The notes under the pieces are model-generated. The model did not search any database. It was not told where the DNA came from and worked only from the letters and a program-made list of their open reading frames with translations. From contig CAZLLV010000561.1 of NCBI GenBank assembly GCA_964560325.1, positions 486 through 64,485 on the forward strand: 64,000 nt of DNA, given 5' to 3'. The DNA comes from an uncultured Thermoanaerobaculia bacterium (GTDB lineage Bacteria; Acidobacteriota; Thermoanaerobaculia; Multivoradales; DATKCC01). The stretch's first letter is position 1; each line of letters starts with the position of its first letter. The position numbers and the translations under genes were made by a program. Shown here in pieces: positions 60,814 to 64,000 of the stretch.

Positions 60814-61656
60814 CTACCGCTCGATCGGCACGCCGATCAGGTTGCCGTACTCGGTCCAGCTCCCGTCGTAGTTCTTCACGTCCTCGATGCCGAGGAGGTA
60901 CTTGAGGGCGAACCAGGTGTGGCTGGAGCGCTCGCCGATGCGGCAGTAGGCGATGGTCGGCTTCGTCCGATCGACGCCCTGGCCGTTCAGGTAGATCGCT
61001 TCCAGCTCGTCCGCGCTCTTGAACGTGCCGTCGGGCGCGACCGCGGTCGACCAGGGGACGTTCTTGGCGCCCGGGATGTGGCCGGCACGCTGGGCGGTCT
61101 CCTGCATGCCGGGTGGGGCGATCACCTTGCCGGTGAACTCGTCCGGGCTGCGCACGTCGACCAGGTTCACGTCGTCGTTCACTGCCTTCAGCACCTCGCC
61201 GACCTTGGCGCGCAGCCGCTCGTCCGGCTCCTTCGCGCGGTACTCGGTCGGCGTGACCTCCGGCCGGTCGGCGGTCAGCTCCTTGTCGTCCTCGTTCAGC
61301 CACTTCACGCGGCCGCCGTTCATCAGGCGCACGTCCTCGTGGCCGTAGAGCTTCATCAGCCAGAAGCCGTAGGCGGCGAACCAGTTGTTGTTGTCGCCGT
61401 AGACCACCACGGTGTCCTCGGGCGCGATGCCGGACTCGCTCATCAGGCGCTCGAACTCCTCCTTCGAAACGATGTCGCGGCGGACCTGGTCCTGGAGCTG
61501 CGTGGTCCAGTCGAGGCCGACCGCGCCCGGTAGGTGGCCGGCGCCGTAGGCCTGCGTGTCGACGTCGATCTCGACCAGCTTGACCTTCGGGTCGTCCAGG
61601 TGCTGCTTGACCCAGTCGGTCGACACCAGGACTTCGGGGTGGGCGTACTCGCTCAT
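60814..61656 (-). CDS. rhodanese-domain sulfurtransferase (tandem rhodanese, SseA/TST-like)
   Basis: Two rhodanese domains. The active-site loop is CRIGERS. The start overlaps the cysK-like stop (ATGA), with a GGAGGAAC RBS. Confidence 0.85.
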   Translation of the reverse strand: MSEYAHPEVLVSTDWVKQHLDDPKVKLVEIDVDTQAYGAGHLPGAVGLDWTTQLQDQVRRDIVSKEEFERLMSESGIAPEDTVVVYGDNNNWFAAYGFWLMKLYGHEDVRLMNGGRVKWLNEDDKELTADRPEVTPTEYRAKEPDERLRAKVGEVLKAVNDDVNLVDVRSPDEFTGKVIAPPGMQETAQRAGHIPGAKNVPWSTAVAPDGTFKSADELEAIYLNGQGVDRTKPTIAYCRIGERSSHTWFALKYLLGIEDVKNYDGSWTEYGNLIGVPIER

Positions 61657-62675
61657 CAGGTTCCTCCAGTCTTGTTCGGTGGGGTGACGCCCTCGGCGAG
61701 CGCCGGGACGTGGCGGATCAGGTTGGACGTGTACTTGAAGACGCTGTCCGGGAACATCATCACGCCGAAGCCGGTGCCTCCGCCCTCGACGGTTCTCTCC
61801 ACGATCCGGCGGGTTCCTTCGTAGATCAGCCCGGCGCTCGGCCCGGCGAGGAGCCCTTCGGTCCGGCAGAGCTCGAGGGCGCGGGTGTAGGCGAGCTCGA
61901 AGTCGATCTCCAGGATGTCGTCGATCAGCGACGGGTCGAAGAGCTTCGAGACGTCGAGCTGCCGGACGTTGCGCAGGCCCGGCACGTCGTGCCCCTCGGT
62001 CGGCTGGACGGCGACGATCTTCACGCCGGGCTTCCTCTCCCTGAGGTACCGGGCGACACCGGTCACCGTGCCGCAGGTGCCGAGCGACAGGAAGACGTGG
62101 GTCACCTCGCCGCCGGTCTGGCGCCAGATCTCCGGCCCGGTCGTCTCCACGTGGGCCTGCACGTTCGCCTCGTTCTCGTACTGGTTCGGCATGGAGTAGC
62201 GATCGCTCTGCGCCTTGGCGTACGACTTCGCCAGGTTGATCGAGCCGTCGCCCATCCCGGGGGAGGGGCAGAGCTCGTCGTTGACGACCTCGAGCTCGGC
62301 GCCCGCGATCTTGAGCAGCACCTTCTTCTCGAGCGGCACCTTGTTCGGCACCACCGCGAGCATCGGGTAGCCGCGCGCGCTCGCCATCGCGGCAAGGCTG
62401 ATGCCGGTGTTGCCCGAGGTCGGCTCCACGATGCCGCGGCGGGTCGCCTCGCCTTGCCCGTTCGACACGCGCCCCTGGGCCTCCAGGCTGCGGAGCAGGT
62501 ACCAGGCGGCGCGGTCCTTCACCGAGCCGAACGGGTTCATCCACTCGAGCTTGGCGAACAGGGGGAAGGCCTCCGGGGCCGGGCTCATCCGGCCGAGCCG
62601 GACCATCGGCGAGGGGTTCTCCTCGCTCGGCAGCATCTCGAAGACGCTGTCGTAGACACGGGCGCTGTGATCCAT
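61656..62675 (-). CDS. cysteine synthase-family PLP-dependent enzyme (CysK/CysM-like)
   Basis: PLP-lysine region SVKDRAAWYLL, TSGNTGISLA, and a glycine loop GTCGTVTG. Confidence 0.85.
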   Translation of the reverse strand: MDHSARVYDSVFEMLPSEENPSPMVRLGRMSPAPEAFPLFAKLEWMNPFGSVKDRAAWYLLRSLEAQGRVSNGQGEATRRGIVEPTSGNTGISLAAMASARGYPMLAVVPNKVPLEKKVLLKIAGAELEVVNDELCPSPGMGDGSINLAKSYAKAQSDRYSMPNQYENEANVQAHVETTGPEIWRQTGGEVTHVFLSLGTCGTVTGVARYLRERKPGVKIVAVQPTEGHDVPGLRNVRQLDVSKLFDPSLIDDILEIDFELAYTRALELCRTEGLLAGPSAGLIYEGTRRIVERTVEGGGTGFGVMMFPDSVFKYTSNLIRHVPALAEGVTPPNKTGGT

Positions 62676-63135
62676 CCACTCTCCTTCTCGGGTCGACGGT
62701 CCTTCCGGCGGGAACGGCGTTCCCGACCGGCCGGCGCGGCCTGCGGAGCGGGGATGGGTACGGCTGGGGAGCTTCGTTCCCGCTCGGCAGGGCGCCGGCG
62801 CGGGATTCGCGGAAGGTCAGAGGCTCGACGCTTCCGCCACCGCTTCCCGCACGGCGGCCTGGTGACTGCGACAGGTACAGGCGCAGACCTCGGGGGCCGG
62901 GCGGGCGGCGTAGCCGTGGGTGGCGTCGAACATCGTGCGTCAACGTATAGAAAGTCGACGATCCGTGTCAAGCGCCTGAACGACGTGTCCTGCCTGCACC
63001 TCGAAGCTGAACATCGGCCGTGCGAGCCTGTTGACAGCGTGCATCGGGCGAGCGCAAGATTCGCGCGTTCCCGAGCAGGCCCCGGCGATGGACGCCGGTG
63101 TCGTTCTGGCCTCGAGCGAGGCCGGAGGCACGTCG

Positions 63136-63786
63136 ATGAACCCTTCCTGCCAGCGGGGGCTCGCCGCTCTCGTCTGCCTGACCGCCCTGTCGCTCGCCGG
63201 TTGCGCGGCTCCCGGCCTCGAGCGCGGCGAGGCGACTCCCGACACCGCCGCCGCGACGGCTCCGCACGCCGCCGCGACCCTCTCCCACGACGCCCGGATC
63301 GAACGTGGCCGCTACCTCGTGACGATCGGCGGCTGCAATGACTGCCACACGCCGTTCCGGATGGGCGAGCGAGGGCCCGAGCCCGACATGACGCGCATGC
63401 TCTCCGGCCACCCGGAGGACTTCGTGATCACGCAGGCGCCGCAGGTCTCCGACCCGCAGTGGCCGTGGGCAGGAACCGCCACCAACACCGCCTTCGCCGG
63501 TCCGTGGGGCGTCTCTTTCGCCTTCAACTTGACGCCGGACGAGAACACCGGCATCGGCGTCTGGACCGAGGAGATCTTCGTCCAGTCGATGCGGACCGGC
63601 AAGCACTGGGGGCAGTCGCGCCCGATCCTGCCGCCGATGCCCTGGCAGGCGGTGGCGGCGATGACCGACGAGGACCTGTCCGCCGTCTTCGCCTACCTGC
63701 AGTCGATCCCGCCGATCCCGAACCGGGTGCCGGAGCCGCTGCCGCCGGCAGGGGCCCCGGCCGCGGTTCCCGCGGCGGGCGGCTGA
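63136..63786 (+). CDS. mono-heme c-type cytochrome lipoprotein
   Basis: Lipobox LSLAGC, CXXCH site GGCNDCHTP, and a downstream Met-rich region. GGAGG seven nucleotides upstream. Confidence 0.7.
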   Translation: MNPSCQRGLAALVCLTALSLAGCAAPGLERGEATPDTAAATAPHAAATLSHDARIERGRYLVTIGGCNDCHTPFRMGERGPEPDMTRMLSGHPEDFVITQAPQVSDPQWPWAGTATNTAFAGPWGVSFAFNLTPDENTGIGVWTEEIFVQSMRTGKHWGQSRPILPPMPWQAVAAMTDEDLSAVFAYLQSIPPIPNRVPEPLPPAGAPAAVPAAGG

Positions 63787-63794
63787 CGCTTCGC

Positions 63795-64000
63795 TCACTT
63801 CGCCGCGCCGGAGCCCTCCAGCTCCCGCTCGATCCACCAGTCGACGTGCTCGTCGAGGACGTCGAGCGGCATCGCGCCGTGGGCCAGGATCGCGTGGTGG
63901 AAGCGCCGCACGTCGAAGCGCTCGCCCAGCGCCTCCTCGGCACGCCGCCGCAGCTCCTCGATCGCCATCGCGCCGGTCTTGTAGGCGAGCGCCTGGCCCG
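63795..64000 (-). CDS. DUF885-family protein (3' end only; gene continues beyond the window)
   Basis: C-terminal translation ...LAYKTGAMAIEELRRRAEEALGERFDVRRFHHAILAHGAMPLDVLDEHVDWWIERELE matches the DUF885 C-terminus. Confidence 0.55.
   Translation of the reverse strand, partial: GQALAYKTGAMAIEELRRRAEEALGERFDVRRFHHAILAHGAMPLDVLDEHVDWWIERELEGSGAAK

Noticed and set aside
62817-62933. 38-aa Cys-containing ORF upstream of the cysK-like gene as a confident feature
   Set aside because: No Shine-Dalgarno sequence is present and the codon bias is only moderate. It is kept as a speculative note in findings.

Overview
This 64-kb window is about 72% GC, gene-dense chromosomal DNA. The presence of an ADOP-type duplicated orphan permease suggests an Acidobacteriota-like organism. 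I found no rRNA, tRNA, CRISPR array, transposase or integrase. About 60 CDS are supported. Many of the long Arg/Pro/Ala-rich ORFs in the six-frame track are high-GC artefacts, either antisense or off-frame with respect to real genes.

In order along the window:
- thiE (5' partial), an NSS sodium symporter with a coupled 44-aa small-subunit ORF, aroK, and a metallophosphoesterase.
- A System I cytochrome c maturation cluster, ccmABCDEF, on the minus strand. CcmE has a CxxxY motif instead of HxxxY, and no ccmG or ccmH lies in the cluster.
- A higBA toxin-antitoxin pair; a HEAT-repeat/cyclophilin lipoprotein; a GT2 glycosyltransferase; a sulfotransferase; and a thioredoxin-like lipoprotein.
- An ECF sigma factor, anti-sigma factor and beta-helix membrane protein operon, followed by a DASS transporter.
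- The ADOP permease, an aminotransferase, and a decayed ADOP 3' fragment.
- A PQQ beta-propeller gene interrupted by an in-frame TGA.
- A 17-cysteine small secreted protein, hbd, a TPR protein with no canonical start codon, and a CNNM/TlyC transporter.
- A secreted-protein / TPR / CRTAC1 operon; an SDR; a MATE efflux pump; and a metallophosphoesterase with a large insert.
- A low-GC islet carrying a DUF4160/DUF2442 pair.
- A three-gene GMC oxidoreductase operon that includes a CXXCH lipoprotein.
- An ABC-F ATPase, a class A PBP, an amidohydrolase, a cyclase, beta-carbonic anhydrase, a DinB-family protein, an aldo/keto reductase, a metallophosphoesterase, a rhodanese sulfurtransferase, a CysK-family enzyme, a cytochrome c lipoprotein, and a partial DUF885 gene.

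The most striking unexplained signal is a conserved C-terminal module of about 105 aa with a fixed Cys-x5-Cys pair. It ends three otherwise unrelated secreted proteins: an S1 protease with a PPC domain, an ELWxxDGT-repeat protein, and a beta-propeller-like protein. This may be an undescribed sorting or attachment domain.
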